Assembly: GCA_052426225.1 (NCBI GenBank)
Contig: JBNJNM010000011.1
Coordinates: forward strand, 4,650,001-4,714,000
Source of the DNA: Zancudomyces culisetae HAW-14-8
Taxonomy: Eukaryota; Fungi; Kickxellomycota
Length of the DNA stretch: 64,000 bases
Direction: 5' to 3'
Part shown: positions 1 through 12,734 of the stretch, one piece after another
How the letters are laid out: every line of letters starts with the position of its first letter
Position numbering within the stretch: position 1 is the stretch's first letter
The notes under the pieces: model-generated
What the model saw: the letters and a program-made list of their open reading frames with translations, nothing else
Databases searched by the model: none
Told to the model about the DNA's origin: nothing
Position numbers and translations under genes: made by a program

Positions 1-919
1 TCGAACAGGAAGAAAAAACGGGGTAGTAATGTTGGTATTAATTAAAGTGCGAAATATGGGATGTTTGGTTATATATATATTGGCGTGTTGAACCCGTAAA
101 AACTGGTTATGAGTATTGAATAATAATATTAGTAGTAGTAGTTTATAAACTACAATAGCAGAAAACAAAAAAAAACAATCATACTATAATCCCAAATGCT
201 CGGGTTCCAATATAGTTATACATATTCATCCTCTCATTTATTTTTATAAATATATTATACAACCAGCTATTGTCTAAATTAAACTAGCCAGAAGCGCTCT
301 TTATACCATCACTGTGCCTAGTACTCCAGGATAATAATCGTCTCTTTCATGCAAGTTGTGTAGCATTAGAGGTTATATCAATATTTTTATTTGCTTGTTT
401 AGTTGTGGGTGGTTTGAATATAAAACTGGAAAAGATATCTAAAAATATTAGATGCTATAAGAAAACAAATCTAAGGTTGTGAAATATTTCAAAGGTATTG
501 TTTCATTACAACGGCTTTTATAATAATAATAATAGCAACAATAGCGATAAGAGTAGATTTTTTTTTAAAAAAAAAAAGAAACCGAGGTTGCTTGGTGATA
601 AAAGAACAGTGATTATAATGATGCCTTATACCGTTTTACAATTACCAGCACTTTATACCAGAAAAAGTTGAATGTTGCAATACCAAACAAAAGTACAATT
701 ATGTATTTAAGCGGTTCCTTGTATAAGGCATACAGGAAATTATCGACATTAACGTACTATTTTTGATTGAACAAATATTTACATTATGGTAAGATAATCC
801 TAAAATTCTAAGGCATAAAAGTATGATACAATATTATCCAAATGGGTGAATAGAATCAATGGCAAAACGACAAAGAGGAAAAGAAATAAAGAGTAAGAAA
901 AAATAAAGATATAGATAGC

Positions 920-2439
920 TTAAAACTTTATCAATTCTATAAAGACTTCTGTTTGGTATTTTTCGCTAAGAGTCAAGGGGGGTAGGCCTAATTGGTCAAG
1001 GCACTTTTCCATCAAATAGGCGTTTTCAGATTGATTGCTCCATAGTTCAAAAGATTCTAGGGTCAATTGATGAAATAGAAAGAGTATATTTAGGGGAATT
1101 TTTAAGCTCTTTTTGGGATTTGGTTTCTTGCTTACGCTAGAGGATACATGGGTATTCTCAAAGTACAAAGTGTATATTGGTTGAGTGTTTTTTGTAAGTA
1201 AATCCATCGAATCGTCATCCTCAGATACTTTTTCAATAATATACGCAATCAACGTAGAGTTGACTAATGATTGCTGATCATCATGTGCTTTATTTGCCAA
1301 TTGTTGTATTATTCTTGCAACTTTAGTCACATTTTTACGAAAGTTGGTGGTAATCACAGAATTTGGAAGAAGTTCTTCAGGAAAGACCAGGTGGGGATTC
1401 AAATAGCGCAAAAAGAAAAATCCACCGATTAGAGAATGAATGAGTTTCTTATCGCTCTTACCATAACGCTCAACTGCGTATTTTTTTATTGAGGAGCATA
1501 TTATCTTGATTCCTTTCGGTACCTTGTCCAAAGAGCTGCTTAGTCTTTTCAGTAAATTGTAAACAATGTTATTTAGCAACTCCTTGCGACTTGCTATTTT
1601 GAGCTCCACCTCTTTGATGATATGCCGCTCCATCTCATCCGGGTCTTTGTGCAATCTAAAGATTCTATCTTTAGCAGTCCTATTGTAGCTCTCTGTAACA
1701 TATCTTTTCACTTCATCTCTTTCTGTTTCCAGAGAATCATCCCCCAAACTCAAAATAGCGTCAAGTGTAGGTTTTAATACAGCTTTTAAGTACTCCAACG
1801 ATTCTTTGTTTCTAAAATTTTTTTACAGAAGGTTAGGCTGGTTAACGCTAACAAAGAAAATAAATAAATAAAAACTAAACTAAACTAAACTAAACTAAAC
1901 AACTTACTTGCAATACATCCTAATTAAATTGGTGGATGGTGTGTTACCTCTCAGAAACATCGACGGCTCTGTTAAATTCGCAAATTTGTACTTTATGAGT
2001 AGCTATTCACGATGAATAACACAATTCAACACGTGGTATACTTTAAAAGAAATTCGCAACAATTTAACAATTTCGTGGCAAACCTACCATAATCACTCTT
2101 AATATTTTGCTTTCTTCCTCTTGTTCAAACAGGTCTTTTAATATGGGAAGTAGAATCGCACCATTGTCGTTAATGCTACTAGACTGCATAAGAGCTGATA
2201 AAAACACAGGATCGTTCAAAAAAAGATAGAACATTTTCCCATATAAGACTTCTTTACTTTCACCTAGATGATTCTGATCCTGCTGTGCATTTAATTTACA
2301 TTTTTACAAAAAAAAGTAGTTATTTAATAGATGTCTTCGAATCTTTTATGACAATTCCAGTTATTATATACACTACACATTACTATTACTAAATACATAA
2401 ACTAAAACGTACATTTTCATTTTTCAGTAAATATTCCAT
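920..2439 (-). CDS. RasGAP-domain protein (Gap1/Sar1/IQGAP-GRD type), 4 exons
   Basis: Exons 2439-2413, 2282-2088, 2002-1908 and 1811-920 join in frame via GT-AG introns. Motifs: LYGKMFYLFLNDP, arginine finger FLRGNT, and GGFFFLRYLNP (FLR motif). Confidence 0.85.
1872..1900 (+). repeat. (AAACT)n pentanucleotide microsatellite in RasGAP intron 3
   Basis: aaactaaactaaactaaactaaactaaac seen directly. Confidence 0.9.
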
Positions 2440-5400
2440 TTTGTGTTAAATTTGTCAAGAATCTTTTTATTACGGATTTTTCCCTCTCTGTTTCGTATTT
2501 TATCTACCGTCTCAATGCGCGAGAACCTTATTGCTATCTTAGCTGGGTATTGTCAAAGTGGAGTTTTATTCGATAAGTTTAAAAGGGTATAAAAGCTAAA
2601 TATTTCAACGATATTACTTGGTAAGATTTTCTTTATGATCATTGTGTTTCTTTACTCGTGGATTGGCAGTTAAACCAATTTGCATAAATAGTTGAGGATA
2701 TTTATTTAGGCTCAAAATGTTCATTTTTTTTTTCGGCATTTGGTATTTTTGTCTATGACAACTTTGATTTATACTCAATAAATTCTCAGCAGATGAGCTG
2801 GAAATGAGATAGTAAACAATCATAAGCAATTTGTAATGCGTATTGTTGTTTATGAGCATCATTTCCACATTTCAAAGTCCGCAAAACAAATACTAGTTGT
2901 GAGCTTCTAAAGCGCATTTTTAGTAACAAAAAACATCACTAAAAATAATAAAAATAGCGCGAACTCGTTTTGATTTATATTTTTGTTTTTTCCCAGCTGT
3001 AATTAGGTAAACTATATTCGAAAGCATGAGATCATAGCTGGATTTGTTGCACGAATAATGGCTGATGCTTCACTTTCAAATCCAATGTTTCACTGCATTG
3101 CCAGAGTGTTCATTGTTTCAAAATACTTAAACATAAAGAAGCCAATAGGAATCAGAGTGAGGTTAAAACGAGACAGAAATTATGGGGCAGATACAAAGTT
3201 ATCTTTTTGCTTTTCCTTGGATGTGCAAAAGCAGGTGTGTAGTGCGTTACACCTTTGAGTATTTCTTCTCAAAAGTATATAAAACAAGAAAAAGAGATAT
3301 GCTTTATACACCAAAGATAAATAACCCACCAAGGAGAGTATACGCTATACCAATGTTGAGCCACAAATTTAAAAAAATAGTTTATGAGGTAAGACTTATT
3401 AGTGCTGATCCTATTTTTAGAAAGGTTGCCGACGGCAATAGCAGCAATTGAAAGTGTGAGTCCGTAACTAAAGCTGCAACTATAGCTGCAACTACATGCT
3501 TAAGTTATCTGTGCTTGGGTATAGATAACATTTAAATGGTTTGTTGGACACTATTTTATGGTGGGGTTTTATAATTGCCTGCCTTGTTTGTGCGAATAAA
3601 AATGATATTTGCTTATTCATCTACTTTTTGCGGATCATTAAATTGTTAGGGAAAAAAATTATTAGCAAGATAAAGCTACAAAATAAAGTTAGATTGCTAT
3701 AAACTATCGTTTTTGGCAAGAATTGCTTGCATTTAGTCAATTTTATTTATAGAAATTGTTACAAGTACAATCCAAAGCTAAATGCAAGAAGTAAAAATAA
3801 GCGGTGAGAAGAATTATTAGTTCATAAAGTGTTATATGAGCTCTACTTTTATTTTTGTTCATTCACAATAGCACCCATTTTAGTGATTATTCGTACTTTA
3901 ATTCCATGGGCTATGGACGAACATGAGTCAGAATAAACATTGTTTGCACAAACTGTTTTGCCTGTGGCAAATAGTGTCGACATAGCCAACCAGCAGAGGT
4001 GTTACTCTTTTGAAAATTTTTGGGAGAGGGAAAGCGAAAAATGAAAAGGATGGTTTTTCTAAATATAAAATATGTTCCTTACATTCACTTGTCCTGCTTT
4101 TGGTGCGACAGATGATTAATAAATCTAGAGAACAGGGACTGTTATACATACTCTTGTAACTCTATAATTCGTTCGGATTTTTAAAATTAAATTATGCCAT
4201 GGTGGTGGATTTGACAAAACATTACAAATGCCCTGCTAAAGGCGCATAGAGATTTAAAACCGTAAAGTATTAGAGTTATTCTAAAGCAACCAGTACCACA
4301 AAAAAGACAAGCTATTCACAAACTGCTTTGAAGTGGTTAGTAAGTAATGTTTCTAGTTATGGACTAGCTGGTATAAATTCAAATATAATTCTGCACGAGT
4401 CAAACAGCTACCCCTTGATTTGGGCAAAAGTATGGTGTTTGGCTTACAAAATACATCTAGATCTATATTTTTGGGAAGAGCATGGTCACGGACTCGTAAA
4501 ATGCTGTGCAACAACAAACAAATACTAAAATGATATACAGAACAAACAGTCAAAATGTTTGTGTAGTGATGTAGTTTAAATAGTTTAGAAACAAGCATTG
4601 AAATAAATGTTGGGCTTCAAAGAAACCCGAGGAAAAATACTGCAATCTGTGAGTAAATGGCGAGGAATGTAGAAACATCATCCAGAAATAACGTAATTCC
4701 AAGTATATCTATGTGTTTTGTTTGATTCATAAACTATTATTTGGCTCTTTCTAAACGGTTTTTGGTTTATGACGAGAAGAGTTATATTAATATCTGTAAT
4801 CAGTTTAGTAGCTAGTTAAAGAGAGCTATGACGTTTAGGTTAACCAAACTCAGATGAAATAGTCTTTTGTTTTTTTTTTCAAAAATCTTTTGTTTATCAT
4901 CAATCAATCGATTTTTTTGTAAAGATATTTAAACGCAATTAATTTTAAATAGTATTCCCACTATTTGCATTACAAATGCAGGTCAATCTATATAATTTGC
5001 CAAAAAATTCAACGAATTGATAATGTCAATAGTTTAATTCCAGAGTTCTCCAATGATAAGAGTATAATTAGAGCTCATGAAAAACAGAAGTACACGATCT
5101 GCAAAATTAAATAATTAGTGTCTACAAAAACCATCCAACAATGTCCTATACTTGAGCAATAAATCCGAAACTCACCGATTAAAAAATGAGGCGAAAGCAC
5201 AATATTCAATGCGATTAGTGCAAAGTTGCGTTTTAGAGGCCCATTGCAAGACAAGCTGTCTTCAATAAAACATAATAAAGAGAGTTATGGTTTAAAATTG
5301 GTTGAAGATATGTAACACTAATTAGGCGATAATTTCAAATAACGTGAAATATAACTGAAATATACTGAATTTCACAAGGGAAAGCTAGAAAAAATGTTTC

Positions 5401-5833
5401 TTAGTGAGTTAGCCAGTTCATTAGTGTTATACACTGTATTTTATATAAAGCTTATTAATGAAGTGCGAGTAATAGTAGTAATAACTCTGAAAACGAAAAA
5501 AAAATATTTCTAGGTTGTTCGTAATTCTCAACCACTTTGCTAAGCACATGTCATCATTTCGTTAAACATATAATATCAAATAATTAAACACCCTGTTTAC
5601 ATAATAAAAAAATTAGACATAGCTGAGGCGGCTGTGTGTAACCTAACTAAGGATATTTATTTATTCAGCATAGTTTGGGCACAACAGATAGCAAAGGATT
5701 ATACCTTTGATTTCTAGAAAATAAAAAATAGGGGAAGACGGATAAACAGAAATCGAAAAGATTTTGTATTTTTTCCTAAAAAGCGAACGGGGAACAAAAT
5801 AGGGTCTATTGTGTCAGTTAATGCGATATAACG

Positions 5834-8278
5834 ATGTATGTGGCCCAACGATACGGCAAAGAGGATATACATGCAGTCTCAGCGGATAAACATGAGCTGG
5901 ATGTACTTTGGTATGGGTTCCAGTCAAAAATTAAGGGTAATTCAAGTGAAGAGACTATAAAGATTCACGAAAAAAAGCCAGAGTTGAAAATGTTAATGAA
6001 GGCAGCGCCAATGTCAGTCACAACAGTAATGAAACCTGCAACGGCGGACATAGAAAACAAGAAAAAAGAGCAGAATAGAAGCAGACTGTTCACAAAAATA
6101 AACAATGTTAACGAAAAACTAAATAAAAAAGTAAGGGAAAGAACGGTTGATAGCGTAAAGGAATTTATAGTTAATGAGGAAAGCCCAAGAGAGCAAAGTG
6201 AATGGAATATTGGAGGGGGGCTAGAAAGTATGCCTACGTTGAGAAGAAGCGGGAAAATAAAGTCAGAAGACATGAAAACAAAACTCAAAGACAAAGTAGA
6301 TAAAATACACAAGATGAAACATCTGGAGGGTGAGAGTGTACTAAAATACCAGCGTAATCAATCGAGTAAAGGGGATTCAATTGGTACAAGCGGTAGTAAG
6401 TGCACGTCTAGAAATCTTATGCTGACAAAAGAGGAAATGACGTTGATAAAAAGGATGGATAAGGCTGAGGAAAAGCGAAAAAAAGAGTACGAAAAAAGAG
6501 GGTATAATCGGTCTAACATGGCGAATACACCAGTAAACCAACTAAAACTAACATCCTTATCAATAAAAAAGTCAGCAAACGTTATGGTAACGAATACATT
6601 GGGCGTAATAGCAGCCTCTAAAAACATAAAAGCAGAAACCAGGACAAAAGTGGTTAAGGGCTTTGTTACCGTTAATAACAGAAATAACTTTATGAGAGAG
6701 CAACTGAGTGATCGTGCCAAAGTTACCAATACTCGGAGATCCTTGGTGAAATTGTTGCATGGAAAAAATAAAACAAATATAGATTTGTTGAATTTCGAGG
6801 TTGAAAAGTTAAAGAAGATTAAGAAAAAAAACGAAGAGAAGCTATTGTTATCTGAAGGCGAAACAGTAAATAGTAGTGATGTTCCTGCTTTTTATGAAAA
6901 AGATACGAGGGGAAAGGAGGATAATAAAGAAAGTGATTATTTAAAACCTACAACCAACAGTAGAGAGAGATGCGATGATGCAGAAAAATGCGGTAGAAAC
7001 AAGGTTGCGCGGTGGAGTAAGGATTTTTATAGAATAGTGCACGAGATCGGGGGTTACACACCGATAGAACTTGCGCTAGACTCTACAGACCCTGCCGTGC
7101 AAAGTAATCAAAGCGAGATATCCACAAAAGACAAAAAAAAGTACAAATTGTCCACTGCAGGCCCTGAAACCTCGTATCCAGACGGAGAAAAAAGGATTTA
7201 CTCAATTAACGAATTGATATTGACTGAGAAGCATTTTAGTGAAAAGATGTACATCACACTGACTCTGTGGAAAAACAACAAATCATTCCAACAAATCGTG
7301 CAACAACATTTTCCCACAGATCATAACAATATTCAGTTTGAAACTTTATTTCATAAAATTCGGGGCCTATACCTACACAGCAAGAAAATGCATCTCGAGA
7401 TGGATTTGGATATGACCAATACTTATATTCAGGAAAAAGGAAAAAATACTACGCTAATGATTGGAAACCATTTTAACAGCCAAAAGAGAGACTGGAGAAT
7501 TTTTGTAGATTATGTCTACAACTACGCCGAAGCGAACAGGATAGCACGTGATTTATCCATCAACTCGCTCGCGTTTTTGAAATTCCAGGAGGAATTGGTT
7601 CGATCCAAGAAGACCAATCGACTAGGTCTAATAGATATCCTTATTCAACCCATCCAACGGCTGATAGTATACCCAATGTTATTGCGAAAAATTATTGAAT
7701 TTACTCCTCGAGATCACCCTGACCACCCCCAGCTACTGATAGCCCTGGAAACTATGACCAACCTGGCACGTTTGGTTAATGAAGTCAGGAGGGTGCAAGA
7801 GGTTCACCTCAAAACAGTCAATGTTTTAAATTCAATTACATACCCCGATGGCAACAGACTTCCTGCTAATCCAAGCCGACATTTGAAGAGCGAGCACTTT
7901 ACTCGTGAACTAAAGACAAATCTTCAACTACGTCTACTGGTATTTGACGACATTTTAGTGATTGCTACCCAATCTGACTCGAGCAGTAGCACCCGCACCG
8001 GCACTAGTAATTGGAGTGGCAACGACAACGGCAATGGTAATGGTAATGGCAATGGCAATGGCAATGGTAATGGCAATGGCAATGGCAATGGCGCAAATGA
8101 TCTTCAGTGGGAATTTTCATGCTTCGATTCCCTTGAGGATTTGCGAATAATCAATAATCCCAACAACCTAAACTCGTTCGTTACTGTTCTGGGACTATCG
8201 TTTGATCTTGTCATTGTCCTGGTTCACAAAACCACAGATTGTAGAATTTCTTTTATCAACTCTATTCTTTATTCATAG
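5834..8278 (+). CDS. Dbl-family RhoGEF (DH domain plus PH-like tail) with long basic N-terminus
   Basis: 814-aa ORF with DH motifs INELILTEKHF and LIQPIQRLIVYPMLLRKIIEFTPRDHPD, followed by PH-like LLVFDDILVIA. Confidence 0.9.
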   Translation: MYVAQRYGKEDIHAVSADKHELDVLWYGFQSKIKGNSSEETIKIHEKKPELKMLMKAAPMSVTTVMKPATADIENKKKEQNRSRLFTKINNVNEKLNKKVRERTVDSVKEFIVNEESPREQSEWNIGGGLESMPTLRRSGKIKSEDMKTKLKDKVDKIHKMKHLEGESVLKYQRNQSSKGDSIGTSGSKCTSRNLMLTKEEMTLIKRMDKAEEKRKKEYEKRGYNRSNMANTPVNQLKLTSLSIKKSANVMVTNTLGVIAASKNIKAETRTKVVKGFVTVNNRNNFMREQLSDRAKVTNTRRSLVKLLHGKNKTNIDLLNFEVEKLKKIKKKNEEKLLLSEGETVNSSDVPAFYEKDTRGKEDNKESDYLKPTTNSRERCDDAEKCGRNKVARWSKDFYRIVHEIGGYTPIELALDSTDPAVQSNQSEISTKDKKKYKLSTAGPETSYPDGEKRIYSINELILTEKHFSEKMYITLTLWKNNKSFQQIVQQHFPTDHNNIQFETLFHKIRGLYLHSKKMHLEMDLDMTNTYIQEKGKNTTLMIGNHFNSQKRDWRIFVDYVYNYAEANRIARDLSINSLAFLKFQEELVRSKKTNRLGLIDILIQPIQRLIVYPMLLRKIIEFTPRDHPDHPQLLIALETMTNLARLVNEVRRVQEVHLKTVNVLNSITYPDGNRLPANPSRHLKSEHFTRELKTNLQLRLLVFDDILVIATQSDSSSSTRTGTSNWSGNDNGNGNGNGNGNGNGNGNGNGNGANDLQWEFSCFDSLEDLRIINNPNNLNSFVTVLGLSFDLVIVLVHKTTDCRISFINSILYS
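8029..8089 (+). repeat. Coding (GGYAAT)n repeat encoding poly(Gly-Asn)
   Basis: About 10 tandem GGCAAT/GGTAAT units inside the RhoGEF PH-like region. Confidence 0.9.
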
Positions 8279-8742
8279 TATCATTATTTTCCACTTTTCT
8301 CCCACTTTATGTCCAGTATTTTATGTCCAGTATTTTTACACCTCGTTGTTACATTGATATTGGTGCCCTAATTTTCTATATATTAACTTAATATACACCT
8401 TTATCAGTTCCTATACACTCTTGTCCGCTACTACATTTTGTTAAAATCTGTAAGACTTTCAGTGGCGTTTTCATTTTATTTTGTATTTTTATTTTACTTT
8501 GTTATCTATTTTGTTTTACTTCACCTCATTATCCCATTATGTGGTAATTCAGTTTTTAATTGCTTAGTAAACTATTTCAACTTTAATTTTTGCTTAATTG
8601 AATTTATTAATGGGCTACTTTATGTTTCTAGTTTTTATTCGAGAAATAAAAGCGCAAATCATATATGGTTTCAAATTTAAACCTGTAATAGTAGAAAACC
8701 ATACAGCTACATACCATAGACATTTGGAATGAGACGTTGGCT

Positions 8743-10446
8743 ATGTGCCCAGTTATGAAAATGAAGCTTAGTTCCAAAAAAGCCAAAGTGAAAAACTTCA
8801 CAAACCGACAGAAGCAAAAGCTTAGAATGGAATTTTTGACTCAACAGCTATCTAAATTGCTTGTGGACAAATATAAATTCGAAGATCGTGAGCTCTTGGT
8901 TGAAAGTATGTATATCTTATCTTACCACTTTATTTTATTTTTACATATTAATACATACAAACCGTCTCATTTCTGGTTTACTTATTTAAATTTAACTCTA
9001 GGTCATTTTTCGAAAAGTAATTGGTACCCTTTGACTTTTATCTGTGAATATATCAAAACTTTACTTTATAATCGAAAAAACTCAGAAGAAGCAAGGGAAA
9101 CCGAAAAGAATAGCCAGCCTTTTCTTTTGAAAATCAAAAGCCGCGAATTATTGCAAGTACTACAATCATTTGAATCTGTTTTTTTGTCTTTTGACGGATC
9201 ATATGTCAAACTGTTTACCAACAAAAAATCAATTAGTGAGTTGGTTTTATACTGCGTAAGTTTTATGTGTATATATGTGTTTTATTTGCTTACTTTTCTT
9301 ATATTAAAGCTGAGATGTATAATTACCTTTTTTGAGCTCCTCAAGCACGATATTCAGGTTTAAATCAGCATATGTCTTATAATATATAGAAACTACCTCT
9401 GAGTATCAGCATGAATAACTCTCATTTTGTTTCGTATTTTAAGGCCGAATACAATATGGACATTGTAGAATCGTTTTGCCTCAACAAAACTTTGGTAACT
9501 AGGCTCATAATTCCGATTTATATATTTTGGTATCACTCTACTATGATTACGATGGACTTATTATAACTTAAAATGATTCCAATGTTAGAACTTGTGGTTA
9601 CTTGAATTTGGTACACCTTGCCAGCACTTACTGAGCACGCCAATCCTTTGTGGAGGCAGTAATATTGATGTATTTTTTAAAGAGTAATGTCTTGTTTGCC
9701 TTCGCTTTACCATTAATTTTGAATACAAACAAGCTGTATATAAATAACTAGCAACAGTTGAGTTTATAACATTAGGTATGATGCAAATGTATTAAACATT
9801 GGAAGCTATGAACCAAGTTACTCACTGCAAGTAAATAAAGGTACATTTCAGTTTAATTAATTACCTTATGTAAGCTTTTATTTTTGAGGGATTTATACTA
9901 TATATTTATGTATATATGCCAGTAGAAGAAACTAATAATAGTAATAAACACCGGAGCAAGAAGGATGAAAGCTATAGTTGTAGCAAAATGATGGATGTTG
10001 ACGTAAATGTAAATACAAGTGTAGATGTAGATGTAGACGTAGACGTAGATGTAGCTGCAGAGACAACCAGCAGCCTTGAGGAAAAAAATTTCAACAACAA
10101 TTCTGGCGAAACAACAGCCTTATCTCTTAGAGATAGTTTATCCAAAAATAGCAGCAGCACCCGGTTCAATTCAGAATCGAACTCAGAACCGGCTACAGCT
10201 CCAATCGCAATAAAAAAGCTGCTAAATAAAACCAGGACCCATAACTGTGAGGTTATTAAGCGTGTGTGTAAAAAACACAATGTAACTAAGATTGAGCGAG
10301 CCAAATACTTCCAAATCAGGTTTCTTATTAAAAAAAGGAAACTAAGAGCGAAACTAAGAGCAAAGCAGGTGCAGCGACCAAGACCACGAGATACACTACC
10401 TGTGCTAGGCCTGGAACGTCAGTTCAAGAATAATCTGGTTTTATAA
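8743..10446 (+). CDS. Hypothetical protein, about 7 exons, basic C-terminus; function unknown
   Basis: In-frame exon chain via GT-AG introns 8906-9001, 9256-9309, 9358-9443, 9495-9588, ~9684-9757 and ~9841-9923, ending in ORF 9916-10446. Start could be ATG 8743, 8755, 8761 or 8827. Confidence 0.55.
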
Positions 10447-10741
10447 TGCAACTTTGGGGCCCCTCCTTTCAAAAATAAACGGCTACTTTTTGTAGTTATT
10501 TAATTTAAAGAGCATTACTAAGCATAGTGTTTATTCTCTAAAAAAATAATAAATAAAGTAAATAAATAATATAATGTGATGTGATGTGATGAAATATAAT
10601 GAAATATAATGTATCAACTAAATAAAGTTTGCGGCTGTGGTTTTTTGGATAAAAATAATAAATGTATATAAACATTTTAATGTAGATGTTGACCACCAAA
10701 TGAGAAAAAAAAAAGGATAAAAGTAAAGTGAAAGGGGAGGG

Positions 10742-12734
10742 TTATGGGATAGATTTCTTTTCTTTGATACTAGGGTTTAGCTTTGGATTGTTATTACCAC
10801 TATTGACAGTGTTGTTGTTGTTTCCAGGGTTAGGATTATTGGTGTTAGATGAATCTGTTGGTTGTGGCTGAGTTGGTTGAGGTTGTTGTACGTAGGGCAT
10901 GCCAGTAGGGCTTACTATTACTTTAACAAATGCGGATACAACGCACTCACCATCTTCGATAATTGGTCTGCCACCATCATCAAAATTGTTGCATAGTAGC
11001 TCAGACAGCTTCATAAACCTGGTAAATCCCCAATTTGGATCGTTTTTGTTGAAACAATGGAAGGCAGCTATAGTTTATTATTGGTTATTGGTTATTGGTT
11101 ATTGATTATTGATTATGTATAGTTTGACTAGGAAACAGCACATAATACAAGAGGTGAAAACTTATATTTTCATGCTAACTTACATCCTTGAGTATTTATA
11201 GATGGGTCTTTAACATTTGCAATTGATAATACAAACTGTGCTATGGCATGCCAGCCTTCTGGCGCCTCCTTTGCATTGGCATACTCCAAAAACAACGAAA
11301 CTATGTCGGTATGAGAGCTACCAAAGGGCCGCAGCAGTATTCTCCTATTTTATTTTACAATAGTTGCAAGTGCTTTTAGTACAATTATCTCGCCATCAAC
11401 ATTTTTCTTTTTTTTAAAAAAAAAATATGGGCGCTAGGGTAAAAACAAGAAAAATAAATTACCAAGTGTGTCCTCCACATTCAAAGGTATCGCTAGTGAC
11501 ACGCTTCTCTAGCTGGTCCCAATTTTGAATTTTCCAGTGAAAAGCCTTAAATTCTGACACCAAGTTCTCCATATAAGCGTTCGCATAAGCGTTTTCTAGT
11601 TAATTGTGTAATAGCGAATATAATTAGTTTGTATATGTTTATAGTCGCTAGTTTTGACCAAAAATTTAAAGTAAAACAACAAGGAAAATGGTACTTACCA
11701 TCAAATATACTAACTCTTTCGTCTCCGTTGTTTGAGTTTTTGGAATCATCTGTTACAGCTTGTTGTTCGTTGGGTGAAGGCTTAATATCAGGATTCGCAG
11801 TTGCTGGTCTAGACCGAACAGTAATAATATTTTGAGCCAGTTGTTGTTGTTGTTGCTGTTGTTGTAGCTGTTGCTGTTGCTGCTGAGCCAGATATGGATT
11901 TGGAATTCCTGGTATTTGTTGGGCGAGATTTGGACTGAACCCCGGTTGAATACTTGGATACGCTGAGAACATGCTATTGATTCCGTTTATACTTGGTGAA
12001 TTAGCATTCATGTTGTTTCTCATTGTACTGTGCTGTTTCTTAGCCATTAGACTGGCTAGATAGTTGCTTTGGTTTCCTATCGCTGAAAGATATGGATCAA
12101 ACCCTCCTCCTCCTCCAGCAACGCTATGTAATGGAATACCTCCTCCTCGAGAATGTGCCTGTTGTGGCGACGTGCTCTGCAGCATCAGCTGAGCCGTCAT
12201 CATCTCAACCAGTTGGTTCACTGAGCCTTGTAGGTTCCGGAATTCGTTCTTTGTAACATACCCTGTTTGCTCTGTATTCTTATACCCAATTTTACTATCC
12301 GCTGTTGCCAACCCAAGTCCTTGATCCAACGGATGTCCTGAGCCGATTCCGCCACCACTCACACTTCCGCTCCCACTCCCTGCGCTCCCGCTACCTCCTC
12401 CTCCGCTACTCCCCATCCCGAAAGTAGCCGTATGACCTTGACCATCCATAATCATCCGTTGTTGTTCGTACATCTCCCTCGGTGGACCAAGTCCTGGATT
12501 GTTTTTTAATCCAAAGCCTGCTTGTCCCCCATAAACTGCCGATGGCATCAGATCATTGACACCTGATGAAGGACCTCCATAGCCGCTTTGGAGAACATCT
12601 TGTGCTGCTCGTTGCTCTAGTTCCGCCATCCTTCTCACTTCGGTCAGTTGCCGCAGTCGATCTAGATACTTTTGCATTTCCGAAATGTCATTGAAGTTCG
12701 GATTTCCATTATTGCTAATAGCATTAGTGTTCAT
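10742..12734 (-). CDS. Protein with Q/N/G/M-rich low-complexity N-terminus and a single C-terminal MATH (TRAF-like) domain of Ubp15/USP7 type
   Basis: Exons 12734-11699, 11595-11463, 11344-11184 and 11067-10742 give AFHWKIQNWDQLEKRVTSDTFECGGHTWRILLRPFG...VSLFLEY...GWHAIAQFVLSI...HCFNKNDPNWGFTRF. Confidence 0.85.

Noticed and set aside
3058-4600. Short ORFs and hydrophobic fragments suggesting a decayed membrane-protein gene
   Set aside because: No recognisable motif or consistent exon chain
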